A stretch of 64,000 nucleotides of DNA, taken from the NCBI RefSeq assembly GCF_004010195.1, contig NC_057718.1, forward strand, positions 55,751,096 to 55,815,095, given 5' to 3'. Positions within the stretch are counted from its first letter, which is position 1. Each line of letters opens with the position of its first letter. This document shows, one piece after another, positions 53,583 through 64,000 of this stretch. The notes under the pieces were generated by a model. That model did no database searches. It was given only the letters and a program-made list of their open reading frames with translations, and was not told where the DNA came from. The DNA comes from Chiloscyllium plagiosum. Taxonomy: Eukaryota. A program made the translations under genes and the position numbers.

Positions 53583-54067
53583 CCGACACTCTCCCTTTAT
53601 TTAAATAGTATGCTGTTTTTCAATTCTTCTTTGACAAGATAGATGAGTTCATGTTTATTTATGTTATATTCCATCTGTTAAATTTTTGCCCACTCACTTA
53701 ATCTGTCTATCTATCTTTGCAGACCTTTTATAACCTCTTGACAATTTATTTAACTCCTATCTTGGTGTCATCAGCAAAGTTTGCGACCATGCAGTCCCCT
53801 CATTCAAATCATTGGTATATATTGAAAATGCTTTAGGACCCAACACTAATCCCTCTGACTATCCACTACCTTACAGCTTGCCAACCCAAAAAAGACTGAT
53901 TTTTCTCTATTGTCTTCCTATTCATGAACCAATTTTTTATCAATGCAAATTATGTACCTCTAACACCATCTGTACTTAATTTGTGTCACAACCTTTAGTA
54001 TGGCACTTTACCGAACACAGCTTGGATATCTAAATATTCTACATCTACTAATTTCCTTTCATCCACT

Positions 54068-54685
54068 ACCAGATCTAAAAGTTGAAGTTCTAAATTGGAG
54101 AAAGGCCAATTTTGACGTTATTAGGCAAGAACTTTCGAAAGCTGATTGGAGGCAAATGTTTGCAGGTAAAGGGATGGCTGGAAAATGGGAAGCCTTCAGA
54201 AATGAGATAACAAGAATCCAGAGAAAGTATATTCCTGTCAGGGTGAAAGGAAAGGCTGGTAGGTATAGGGAATGCTGGATGACTAAAGAAATTGAGGGTT
54301 TGGTTAAGAAAAAGAAGGAAGCATATGTCAGGTATAGACAGGATAGATCGAGTGAATCTTTAGAAGAGTATAAAGGAAGTAGGAGTATACTTAAGAGGGC
54401 AGAATGAGAGGGCATAGGTTTAGGGTGAGAGGGGAAAGATATAAAAGAGACCTAAGGGGCAACGCAGAGGGTGGTACATGTATGGAATGAGCCGCCGGAG
54501 GCTGGTACAATTGTAACATTTAAGAGGCATTTGGATGGGTATATGAATAGGAAGGGTTTGGAGGGATTTGGGCCGCGTACTGGCAGGTGGGACTAGATTG
54601 GTTTAGGATATCTAGTCGGCATGGATGAGTTGGACTGAAGGGTCTGTTTCCATGCTGTACATCTCGATGACTTTTTGACTCTATG
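54068..54685 (+). mobile_element. Internally deleted CR1 (linker region joined to 3' end)
   Basis: ORF 54000..54407 LNWRKANF...WMTKEI, jumping at about 54398 to gagggcataggtttaggg and the tail. Confidence 0.85.
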
Positions 54686-54786
54686 AATGTTACTTCATCA
54701 AAAACACTTGAATAGATCGGTTAACATGATTTCTTATTGAGAAAGCGATGTTAATTATTCTTGATGTCCATGTATTGGAATACATG

Positions 54787-55138
54787 GCTTGGAAAGGGTG
54801 GACGCGAGGAAATTGTTTCCGTTAGGCGAGGAGACTAGGACCCGTGGACACAGCCTTAGAATTAGAGGGGGTAAATTCAGAACAGAAATGCGGAGACATT
54901 TCTTCAGCCAAAGAGTGGTGGGCCTGTGGAATTCATTGCCGCAGAGTGCAGTGGAGGCCGGGACGCTAAATGTCTTCAAGGCAGAGATTGATAAATTCTT
55001 GATGTCACAAGGAATTAAGAGCTACGGGCAGAATGCGGGTAAGTGGAGTTGAAATGCCCATCAGCCATGAATGAATGGCGGAGTGGACTCGATGTGCCGA
55101 ATGGCCTTACATCCACTCCTATGTCTTATGGTCTTATG
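54787..55138 (+). mobile_element. CR1 3' fragment (CpG-rich subfamily)
   Basis: ORF 54789..55052; tcttatggtcttatg tail. Confidence 0.88.
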
Positions 55139-55240
55139 AATAAAAATAGAAATTGCTGGTGAAACTTAGCAGGTCTCACAGCATCTGTGGGAAGAAAGCG
55201 GAGTTAACATTTCAAGCTCAATGACTCTTCATCAGAATTG
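55139..55240 (-). mobile_element. PLE 3' end with degenerate hammerhead
   Basis: Minus strand ttctgatgaagagtcattgagcttgaaatgttaac. Confidence 0.7.
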
Positions 55241-55520
55241 TAAGCACTTCGGAAAAAGTGGTATTTATGTTGAAGGCAAATTTAGGGTTTCAGGGGGATA
55301 AGGGGAGAGATGGGATTACTAGTCCATTGACATTACTACTACACCACTATCTAACGTCATTTTGTTTTAAAATATTAGTCACAGAGTCATTCTTGTCCCT
55401 CTCAAACTGATCATGACATTCTATCATGTTGTGATCACTGTCACCTAGACATCTCTTTCGCATGAGGTTATTGATCCACCCTGTTCCATTGCATGTTATA
55501 AGCTTCTAAGGTGTTCTGCT

Positions 55521-56529
55521 AGGAGAAAGTAAGGACTTCAAATGCTGGAGATCAGTCAAAAAGCGTGGCACTGGAAAAGCACTGCCGTCAGGCAGCACCT
55601 GAGGAGCAGGAGAGTCAACGTTTTGAGCATAAGCTCTTCATCAGGAATGTGGGGTGGGGGGAGCCCTAGGAGGTTAAGAGATTAATGAGAGGAGGGTGGG
55701 GCTGTAGCTAGGAATGCAATAGGTGGATGAAGCTAGGGGCTGATAGTAATAGATCGAAGTGGAGGGTGGAGCAGATTGGTGGGAAGGAACATGGATAGGT
55801 AGGACACTGCAGGAGGGTGGAGCAGAGTTGGAAGATTGGATCTGGGATAAGGTGGGGGGAAGGGGAAATAAGGAAACTTGTGAAATCGACATTGATTCCT
55901 TGTGGTTGGAGGGTCCCAAGGCGGAAGTTGAGGTGTTCTTCCTCGAGTCATCAGGTGACTCTGTTTGGCAGTGGAGGAGGCCCAGGTATTTTACATGTCC
56001 TTAGCAGAGTGGGAGAGGGTGTTGAAGTGATCGGCCACGCCGCCCTGTGGCTCATCACTTCAACTCCCCTCCCACTCCACCAAGGACATGCAAGTCCTGG
56101 ACCCCCGCCACTACCAAATCCTAACCACCTGTTGACTGGAGAAAGAACACCTCATCTTTCGCCTTGGGACCCTTCAACCACAGGGAATCAGCATCGATTT
56201 CACCAGTTTCCTCATCTCCCCTCCCCCCACCTTATCCCAGATCCAACTCGGCACCACCCTCTTAAAATATCCTACCTGTCCATCTTCCTTCCCACCTATC
56301 TGCTCAGCCCTCCACTCTGACCATTACCATCGCCCCCAAACTTCGTCTACCTTTCACCTACCTCGCTACCTTCCCCCAGCCCCACCCTCCTCCCATTTAT
56401 CCTTCAACCCCCTTGGGATCCCCACCACCCCCATAATCCTGAACAAAAGCTTATGCTCAAAAAGTCGACTCTCCTGCTCCTCGGATGCTGCTTGACCGGC
56501 TGTGCTTTTCCAGCGCCACACTTTTGACG
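55521..56529. mobile_element. Large older PLE fold-back; both arms reach the GIY-YIG C-terminus
   Basis: Diverged inverted arms with axis near 56040; flanks aaggtgttctgct (55508-20) and aaggtattctgct (56530-42). Confidence 0.85.
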
Positions 56530-56624
56530 AAGGTATTCTGCTGCCTGGTTCAGTCCAGCACATATACTCTAAGAAATTGTCCGAAAGGCACTCCTCGAAC
56601 TCCTTTTCAAAGCCACATTTGTCA

Positions 56625-57440
56625 AACTTTCAGGTGTTGATGTTTCCTTGTATCTGCTGCCCTTGTCCTTCTCGATGGAAATGTTTGAGTTTGTAAGGGT
56701 CTGACTATGGAGTCTGGTGAATCTCCATAGTTCATCTTGTAGATGGTACACCCTACTCTTGGTGGATATGGTGCCAATCAAGTGGGCTGCTTTGTCCTGG
56801 ATGGTTTAATGCTTTTCGAGTTTTGTTGGAGCTGCAGCCATCTCAGCAATTTAGAAGTATTCTATCACACTCCTGACTTGTGCCATGTAGATGGTGAATA
56901 GACTTTGGGTGTCAGGAAGTGAGTTATTTGCTACAGGATTCCTAGCCTCTGGCATGTCCTTGCTGCCACTATGATTCCTGATCATTGGTAACCCCCAGAA
57001 TGTTGATCGTGAGAGATACAGTGATGGTAATGCCATTGAATGTCAAGAGGTTGATGGTTAGATTCTCCCTTGTTGGAGATAGTCATTGCCTAGCATATGT
57101 GTGATACAGACATTACTTGCCACTTTTCACCCCAAGCCTGTATGTTGTTCATGTCTTGCAGCATTTGGACATGCAGCATCTGTATCTGTTTCAGATGAGT
57201 TGCAAATGGTGCTGAACATTGTGCAATCATCAGTGAACATCCCACTTCTGACCTTATGATGGAGGGAAGGTCATTGATGAAGCAGATGAAGATAGTTGGG
57301 CCGAGGACTATCTTGAGGGACTCCTACAGAGATGTCTTGGAGCTGAGATAACTGAACCACCAGCAATCCCAACCATCTTCCTTAGTGTCAGATATTACTC
57401 CAATCAGCAGAGAGTTTCCCCTACCATGATTCCCATTGTC
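56625..57440 (-). mobile_element. CR1/L2-group LINE RT fragment, probably the 22362-24165 family
   Basis: Minus strand GVPQDS.LGPTIFICFINDLPSIIRSEV.MFTDDCTMF; ORF 56851..57036 TIYMAQVRSVIEY. Confidence 0.75.
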
Positions 57441-58029
57441 TCCAAATTTGCTAATCTCTAATCTGTGTTCCATCCAATTTTATCACACACTGGTAATCAT
57501 GACCCAAAGTCCTGACCTGCTCTATAGCTTTGCTGTTTCATTTCCCACGATCGATCCCTTGCCCTCACTGTTTAGTTTAAAGCCCTTCCTACCACTCTGG
57601 TTATACAATTTGCCAAAACACGTGTCCCAGCGTTGTTCAAATGTAACAATGGTACAGCTCCCATTTTCTCCAGTGGTGGTGTCCCAGCCACAGCAATATT
57701 TCCTCCATTCCAATATTTGAGCTATGCATTCAGGCCTCAAATCTTGCTTGCACTATGTCCATTTGTTCAAGGGTAAAAAAGTAATCCAGAGATAAAACTC
57801 GAACTTGTGAAAGCACTAGTTGTACACAGTACTTGAACTGGTACCTCTAGATGGTAACATTGTTACAAAATTAGGTTTGTGGAATGGCTGATGTGCCTCT
57901 CAGGATGATTGTCAGAATAACCATGATTTCAGATTTATTGATCAAATTCTAATCCTACCAGCTGCCACGATGGGATTTGTACCGATGCATTAGCTTGGAC
58001 CTCTGGATTATTAGTCAAATGACGTTACT

Positions 58030-58111
58030 AGGGAGTAGTGGCATAGTAATAATGTCATTGGACTGAAATTCAAGTTCAATAAAACATGGAATTAAAAAAA
58101 AAAGATTGATG
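58030..58111 (+). mobile_element. 5' part of a Deu-type SINE split by the Gypsy element; continues at 63753-63858
   Basis: gtggcatagtaataatgtcattggact head; the other side has ctggtctggcctacatgt.actcca.accc...aatgtggtt.actct.aactgcc. Confidence 0.7.
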
Positions 58112-58227
58112 TGAAATAACTCTACAGGGGCTGGTATCCCATCACCACGTCACCGTTTATTTGCAAAGAATCTTTGATGCTGATTCCTCAGAGTAGACAG
58201 GATGTCTGACATTGCTGTTCCTATCTG

Positions 58228-58425
58228 GAGGAGAAAGTGAGGACTGCAAATGCTGGAGATCAGAGCTGAAAATGTGTTGCTGGAAAAGCGCAGCAGGTCA
58301 GGCAGCATCCAAGGAACAGGAGAATCGACGTTTTGGGTCCTGAAGAAGGGCTTATGCTCGAAACGTCGATTCTCCTGTTCCTTGGATGCTGCCTGACCTG
58401 CTGTGCTTTTCCAGCAACACATTTT
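58228..58425. mobile_element. PLE fold-back inside the Gypsy 3' LTR; hammerhead motif at 58340-58367 (+)
   Basis: 18-bp perfect direct repeat cattgctgttcctatctg at 58210-27 and 58426-43. Confidence 0.92.
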
Positions 58426-60351
58426 CATTGCTGTTCCTATCTGTCAACCATGGCTCCTTGATTTGACCAGATTAACAGCCCCAATCAGGGAACTCATATT
58501 CTATGCCACCCACCCAGCTGACTTTGTTACAATTACTACATCCCTCCCTCTCTAACTCCAAGGACATAGGTCAGATTTTTTTTTGTAGCTCTTCTTGGAG
58601 CATTTTAGCACCAGGTCAGGTTCCTCCAACTCTGCTCTGATAAGGGCAGTGCGTTGCTTGCCTCTTTTGACTAGAGTGTCTCTGGAGAAAATCATTCTCC
58701 CTTTCAGGCAGCAAAAACATGAGGTGGTAAGATCTGCCATGTACCTCTCAGATTCTGACGCATCTCAAACAATTGATGAAGAGGGAGAACCCATGGGTTC
58801 TGGAACAGTCAGAAAGACTGTTGAGGAAAGGGGCATGTTTTGCTCCCGTACCCTTTGCGATTTTACAGCCTTCATATGGTCCATGTGCTTGTTCAGGATC
58901 ATCGCACCCACCTGAACTTGTATGTCACTGGGCCCACATCGTGAAAACCATGCCTCTTACCCATGCATGGCCATTCCAGTAGTTCCTACACCAAACTTGG
59001 TCCCCTGAAGTAAACTGTCTCTTTTGCTTAGCAGAGTCTCATGTACAGCATTGGTGTTCCTGATGCCATTTGTCATCACTCCCAGGCCCGGGAAGATCAC
59101 ATTTAACCTAGTGCAGAGTATTCTCCCCATGAGGAAGTCTGCTGGAGCTATTCCAAGAGTTGCATGAAGGGCCGTCCTATAATCAAATAGAATCTAGGAC
59201 AGTTTGGTATGTGGTGAAGTTGTAGGCTATTTCTTAAGCCTGTCTTCAAAGTTTGAACTGCTCTTTCTGCCAGACAGTTGGATGATTGTTGGTATGGAGT
59301 TCTCCTTCTATATTGAATACTATTTGAGTTTAGGAGATACTCAGATTCCCTGCTAGTAAATGATGGCCTATTATCAAATACCAACACTTCCAGAGTCTGT
59401 TTATTGCAAAAAGTGCATGCAGTTTTTCTATTGTCCTCCTCACATTTGAACTCTCTGCACATCCAGTCACTTTGAGTGGGCGTCCACAATTACTAAGAAT
59501 ATTGAGTCCATGAACGGACCCGCATAGTCCATGTGTAACTGAGTCCAGGGTTTATCCAGCCATTCCCATGAATGTAGTGGTGCTACTGGTGCTAATATTT
59601 GTCCTTGTTGGCATTCACTGCCCCACCAAGGTAGCTATGTCTGCATCCAAGCCCGGTTACCAGACATAACCTTTCATGAATATCTTCATTTTGGAGACCC
59701 CTGGATGACCCTGGTGGAGTTCAGCCAATATCTGGTGAAAACCTTTGCTTGAGACAATCATTCTTGCTCCCTGTGATACTATGCCATCCTGTACTGTGAT
59801 CTGTTTTCTCTGAGTCCAATAATGTTTCAGTTCTGATTGAGGCGGCTCTTTGGTTTCTCTCATCACCACCAGCTCTTTCAGTTTTGCCAGGACCAGACCT
59901 TTCTGCATCCAAAGACTAATATTGTCAACTGTGACTGGAAGTGTGTCCAGAAAATTTAAAATCATTATGGATTCTATCAGAGTTGGTACTACTGGTGGTG
60001 TATCTGCCAGTGGATGCGGCTCAATACATCCACATTTGCTACTCATCCTCTTGATGGTGTTCCAACTTGTAATTATATACAGTTAGTATTAGAACCCAAT
60101 GCTGAATTTGGCCTGAAGTTACGGGTGGCACTGCCTTGTCCTCTTTAAATAGATCTAACAGGGGTTTGTGTTCCATAAAAGTATTGGTGGATCTTCCTCA
60201 CATCAAATGTGACCACCAAATCTTCCTTCTCTATTTGGGTGTATTTAGCCAAAGTCCTGGATATGTGTGCTGTTGGGCATTTTTGTCCATTGGGTCACCT
60301 ATGAACTAATACTATCTCGATGCCATATGGAGAGGCATCATATGTCAATGC

Positions 60352-60567
60352 AGGTAGTTCTTCTATAGCTTGATGGTTGCATTCTTCTGCAGCCCCGCAT
60401 TATAGATAAATCGCGCTTTAGAAATAGCGCTTAATGTGTTGGTGACATAATCACACTTCTGCCAACACAAGTTTAAAAGTTCATGCTTTAGAAACAGTGT
60501 TGCCAGTTTGTCAATGGTGTTATAGTGATTTCACATTAACCAAATGCCATTATAACAGAATGACTGT
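60352..60567. mobile_element. MITE-like insert in Gypsy pol
   Basis: Imperfect TIRs caggtagttcttctata / tataacagaatgactg; interrupts coding relics between RT and RNase H. Confidence 0.55.
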
Positions 60568-60804
60568 TTCTTCACTTCTCTAAAAGCTATGGCTTGGCTA
60601 CATGACCATTTCCAAGGTTGACCCTTTTTTAAAAGAGTTGATGCCAAGGTGCCAGGATGGATGGCAGGTTATGTATGAGTTTTCCATATTAAGGGACCAA
60701 CCCAAGAATAGACCGAAGTTTTGTACAGATTTGGTAGCCAAGGCATCTTTGATTGCCTTCACTTTATCTTCCCGTGGATCTAACTCAGTCTTGTCAGCTC
60801 TGTA

Positions 60805-60897
60805 AGTTCTGAGGAAGGGTCACTCTACCTGAAATGTTAACTCTGATTTCTCTCCACAGATGCTGCCAGACCTGCTGAGCTTTTCCAGCAATTTCTG
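60805..60897 (+). mobile_element. Short PLE 3' end inside the Gypsy RT
   Basis: gttctgaggaagggtcactctacctgaaatgttaac...gcttttccagcaatttctg. Confidence 0.8.
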
Positions 60898-61980
60898 TGT
60901 AGGTCATTTGGAGTGCCTGGAACACGTATGTTTCCCTTCTAAGGCATATGCCTTTAAAGAAGAAATGCCTAAAGACAATGTTCAAGTTCTCCAAGTGCTT
61001 CTTATTGGTCTTGACTGTTATTAGCATGTCATCTAGATAAACAATGAGCTGGGAGTAGACCTTTAAAATATTGTCCATCTTTCACTAAAAATTGCATAGG
61101 CTGACAATATCTCAAATGGCAATTTCATTGGTACAAACCCTTGTTGGTATTAATTGTAGCATACTTCTGGGAATCCTCCTCTAACCGAATTTGCAAATAC
61201 ACATAGCTCATATCCAGCTTTGTGAAGGACAGCCCCCTTGTTAGTTTCACATGTAAATCCTCTATGCAAGGCTTTAGGTATTTATTCTGTTGCAAAAAAT
61301 GGTGTACCACTTGTTTAAAATCCACACAAAGTTGAAACGACCTGTCAGGCTTCACAATTGGTATGACTGGTGCTTCCCATTCCACAAACTGGACTGTTTT
61401 GATGATTCCTTCAATTGCTAGCCTTCTTATTTCTGCCTGTACTTTTGCCAGTGAGGCAAATAGCACTGGACAGGCCTTGTAGAATCGTGGAATTGCTTCC
61501 TGGTCAACATGTAAGATAGCCTTGGCTCTTTTGAAAGTCCTCAGACCTTCCAGGTGTTTAATTAGGACTTCACTTAGGTAGCCATTTTCAAATCAAAAAA
61601 CTATTGAGCCAATCTAGGTGAATCTTTCTCAATCAATTTTGCTCCATCAAGCTTGGGCCTAAGCCTTTTGCTACAGCCAGGGTAAATGAACCAGTTCCTT
61701 CTCATAACAAACTAATCAAAGTTGTGCACTTAGTCTGTAAAGTTTCCCCAGTATGGTTTCTCAGTCTAGCTGAGGCCTTGTGCCTCAAGTAAGGGTGGAA
61801 TCAGAGCGAATTTTGTGAAAGATTGATTCTGCGATCACTGAAATAGCCAGGTGACCATTTAAACAGACGTTTATTTTGTTTGGTTTGATTTGGATGTTGC
61901 TGAGCAACTGTTCCAAACCCAATGTAGATAGACTTTCCAGAGTGTGCACTCTCCTAGATACCAGCCTATGTGTTATTTTA

Positions 61981-62614
61981 GAGGAGAAAGTGAGGTCTGC
62001 AGATGCTGGAGATCAGAGCTGAAAGTGTGTTGCTGGAAAAGCGCAGCAGGTCAGGCCGCATCCAGGGAACAGGAGAATCGACGTTTCGGGCATAAGCCCT
62101 TCTTCAGGAATGAGGAAAGTTTGTCCAGCAGGCTAAGATAAAAGGTAGGGAGGAGGGACTTGGGGGAGGGGCGTCGGAAATGTGATAGGTGGAAAGAGGT
62201 CAAGGTGAGGGTGATAGGTCAGACGGGAGTGGGGGCGGAGAGGTCGGGAAGAAGATTGCAGGTTAGGAAGGCGGTGCTGAATTCGATGGATTTGACTGAG
62301 ACAAGGTGGGGGGAGGGGAAATACCTTGTCTCAGTCAAATCCATCGAACTCAGCACCGCCTTCCTAACCTGCAATCTTCTTCACGACCTCTCCGCCCCCA
62401 CCCCAGTCTCACCTATCACCCTCACCTTGACCTCTTTCCACCTATCACATTTCCGATGCCCCTCCCCCAAGTCCCTCCTCCCTACCTTTTATCTTAGCCT
62501 GCTGGACAAACTTTCCTCATTCCTGAAGAAGGGCTTATACCCGAAACGTCGATTCTCCTGTTCCCTGGATGCTGCCTGACCTGCTGCGCTTCTCCAGCAA
62601 CACATTTTCAGCTC
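61981..62614. mobile_element. Young PLE fold-back, about 290-bp arms, hammerhead motifs at 62080-62107 (-) and 62523-62550 (+)
   Basis: Near-identical inverted arms at about 62015-62307 and 62324-62614. Confidence 0.92.
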
Positions 62615-63424
62615 AAACTCAGTCAGACTGGTGAGGGTGTCTGCTTCCATCAGAATACCTGCAACACTAATGCTCCATTTGCCTCATTTTCCAATGATAA
62701 AACCAGATGTAGTGCCTGTTGAAGTCCAATTGGGCTTCAGCTAGTAGGTGCTTTTATATGGTTACATAATTAATCCCAACATACCAAATGGTATCTCAAC
62801 ATCTCAATAAGAGTTAAACCAAAGTCACATGCCTCTGCTAGTTACCTTAATCTCATCAAAAATACTGATATGGTTTCCTGGGTTCTTGATTTGCCAAGTA
62901 AAATTGATAGTGTCTCATAATTAGAGAGGATTGGGGTTCTAATATTCCTTAACAATATCCATGTTGAAAGGTTTTAGTATCTGGTGCTTCAGGGAAAGTT
63001 AAATTCCTAATAATCAAAAAAACCTGTGGGTTCTACAAGCTGTCAAGGAGAATTACTGGTTGCATTTCATCTGCCTCAATATCATTTGCCCAGAAAGAAC
63101 ACATTCTTTCCACTTCCTGGGCCCAATTTTGGATGGCAGGATCGAACCAATCAAGCTTCCTAAATGATGCCATGATGCTAGAAATGCTTAAGCCAACTCA
63201 AAGACAGTGGTTGCAAATTAATTTCATCAGGAGCGTGCTTTTCTCTTGAATCACCATTGAAACAACTCCACAGAGGCTGGTATCTCCTCACCAAGTCACC
63301 CTTTATTTGCACATAGAGAGTCCTTGATATTAATCCAGCTCCCTCAGACCCAGCTCTCACATTAAACAAGATGTTTGCTAGTCCTTTTTTTTTGTTATTT
63401 TTCTCAGGATGTTTGACACTCATG

Positions 63425-63640
63425 TTTTTTTCCTTTTTGTTTTCACACTACCACCTAACTGCGGTAGTGCTTATTTTTTCCCCAGCACCCATGTTGTGTG
63501 TGCACAGGTGTGGGACACAGAGGTGTATGAATCTTTATTCAATTTCCACTACTAGGAAGAAAAGAAACACCCAAGTGGCCAGTGACAAGCAGTGCCCTTC
63601 ACATCAAAGGGCAATGCTGTGTGATCAAACAGTGAAGGGT
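63425..63640 (-). mobile_element. Unclassified insert in the Gypsy 5' LTR, probably a non-LTR element 3' UTR
   Basis: Absent from the sister LTR; AATAAA and an A-rich end on the minus strand; two hairpins. Confidence 0.55.
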
Positions 63641-63859
63641 CAGCCCTGTTTTTATCTGTCAGCCAGGGCTTCCCTGGAACAGATTAATAACCCCAACCAG
63701 AGAGCTCATATTCTATGGCTACCACCTGGCTGACCTCATTACAATCACTACATAATGGTAACCATGTCTTATTCATTAACTGGCTGTTCACAACTGGTCT
63801 GGCCTACATGTCACTCCACACCCACTGCAATGTGGTTAACTCTGAACTGCCTCTGATAT

Positions 63860-64000
63860 GAGGAGAAAGTGAGGTCTGCAGATGCTGGAGATCAGAGCTG
63901 GAAATGTGTTGCTGGAAAGGCGCAGCAGGTCAGGCAGCATCCAGGGAACAGGAGAATCGACGTTTCGGGCATAAGTCCTGAAGAAGGGCTTATGCCCGAA
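63860..64000. mobile_element. PLE fold-back cut by the window end; hammerhead core begins at 63978
   Basis: Same layout as 58228-58425. Confidence 0.85.

Larger units (their letters stand above)
51460..54750 (-). mobile_element. Old CR1 host (pieces 51460-52030, 53590-54065, 54686-54750)
   Basis: Reverse-strand CR1 motifs, e.g. gtgtcatcagcaaag (FADDT) near 53765. Confidence 0.7.
58112..63752 (-). mobile_element. Decayed Ty3/Gypsy LTR retrotransposon with both LTRs
   Basis: LTRs 63258-63752 and 58112-58540 (TGTAGT...TTTCA), PPT agagggaggga, flanks tgatg/taatg; gag start MASFRKLDWFDP..NWAQ.VERM near 63173; RT (ORFs 61125..61466 and 60794..61078, FTKLD, VYLDD), RNase H DASPYG, integrase (LHQGHPG, PYQQSSNCLAERAVQTLK). 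Confidence 0.9.

Noticed and set aside
58112..63752. Active Gypsy element
   Set aside because: Many stops and frameshifts, clearly diverged LTRs and five nested inserts.

Overview
Vertebrate genomic DNA, almost certainly from a shark or other elasmobranch (HE1-type V-SINEs with their CR1/HER1 partner LINEs, and SacSINE1-like Deu-domain SINEs). The only host gene is a + strand EML6 (EML5/6-family WD40/HELP microtubule-associated protein). Eight internal exons (11079-49964) have GT-AG boundaries and matching phases and splice into one open frame; the gene continues beyond both window ends. The introns are packed with nested transposons: many CR1 copies, L2 and L1 relics, a gamma/epsilon-type ERV env with its complete LTR, a decayed two-LTR Gypsy element, solo LTRs, MITEs, Harbinger relics and about 15 Penelope-like element (PLE) pieces. 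Three things stand out. (1) PLE 3' ends form fold-back cassettes carrying minimal hammerhead-ribozyme motifs, with arm boundaries clustering at the motif. (2) A LINE carries the same tRNA-like head plus Deu-domain-like 5' region as a short SINE in the window. (3) An L1 ORF2 fragment is joined directly to a retroviral env and LTR. All family assignments come from motif recognition by eye, without database searches. Repeat boundaries are approximate unless a target-site duplication (TSD) is quoted.
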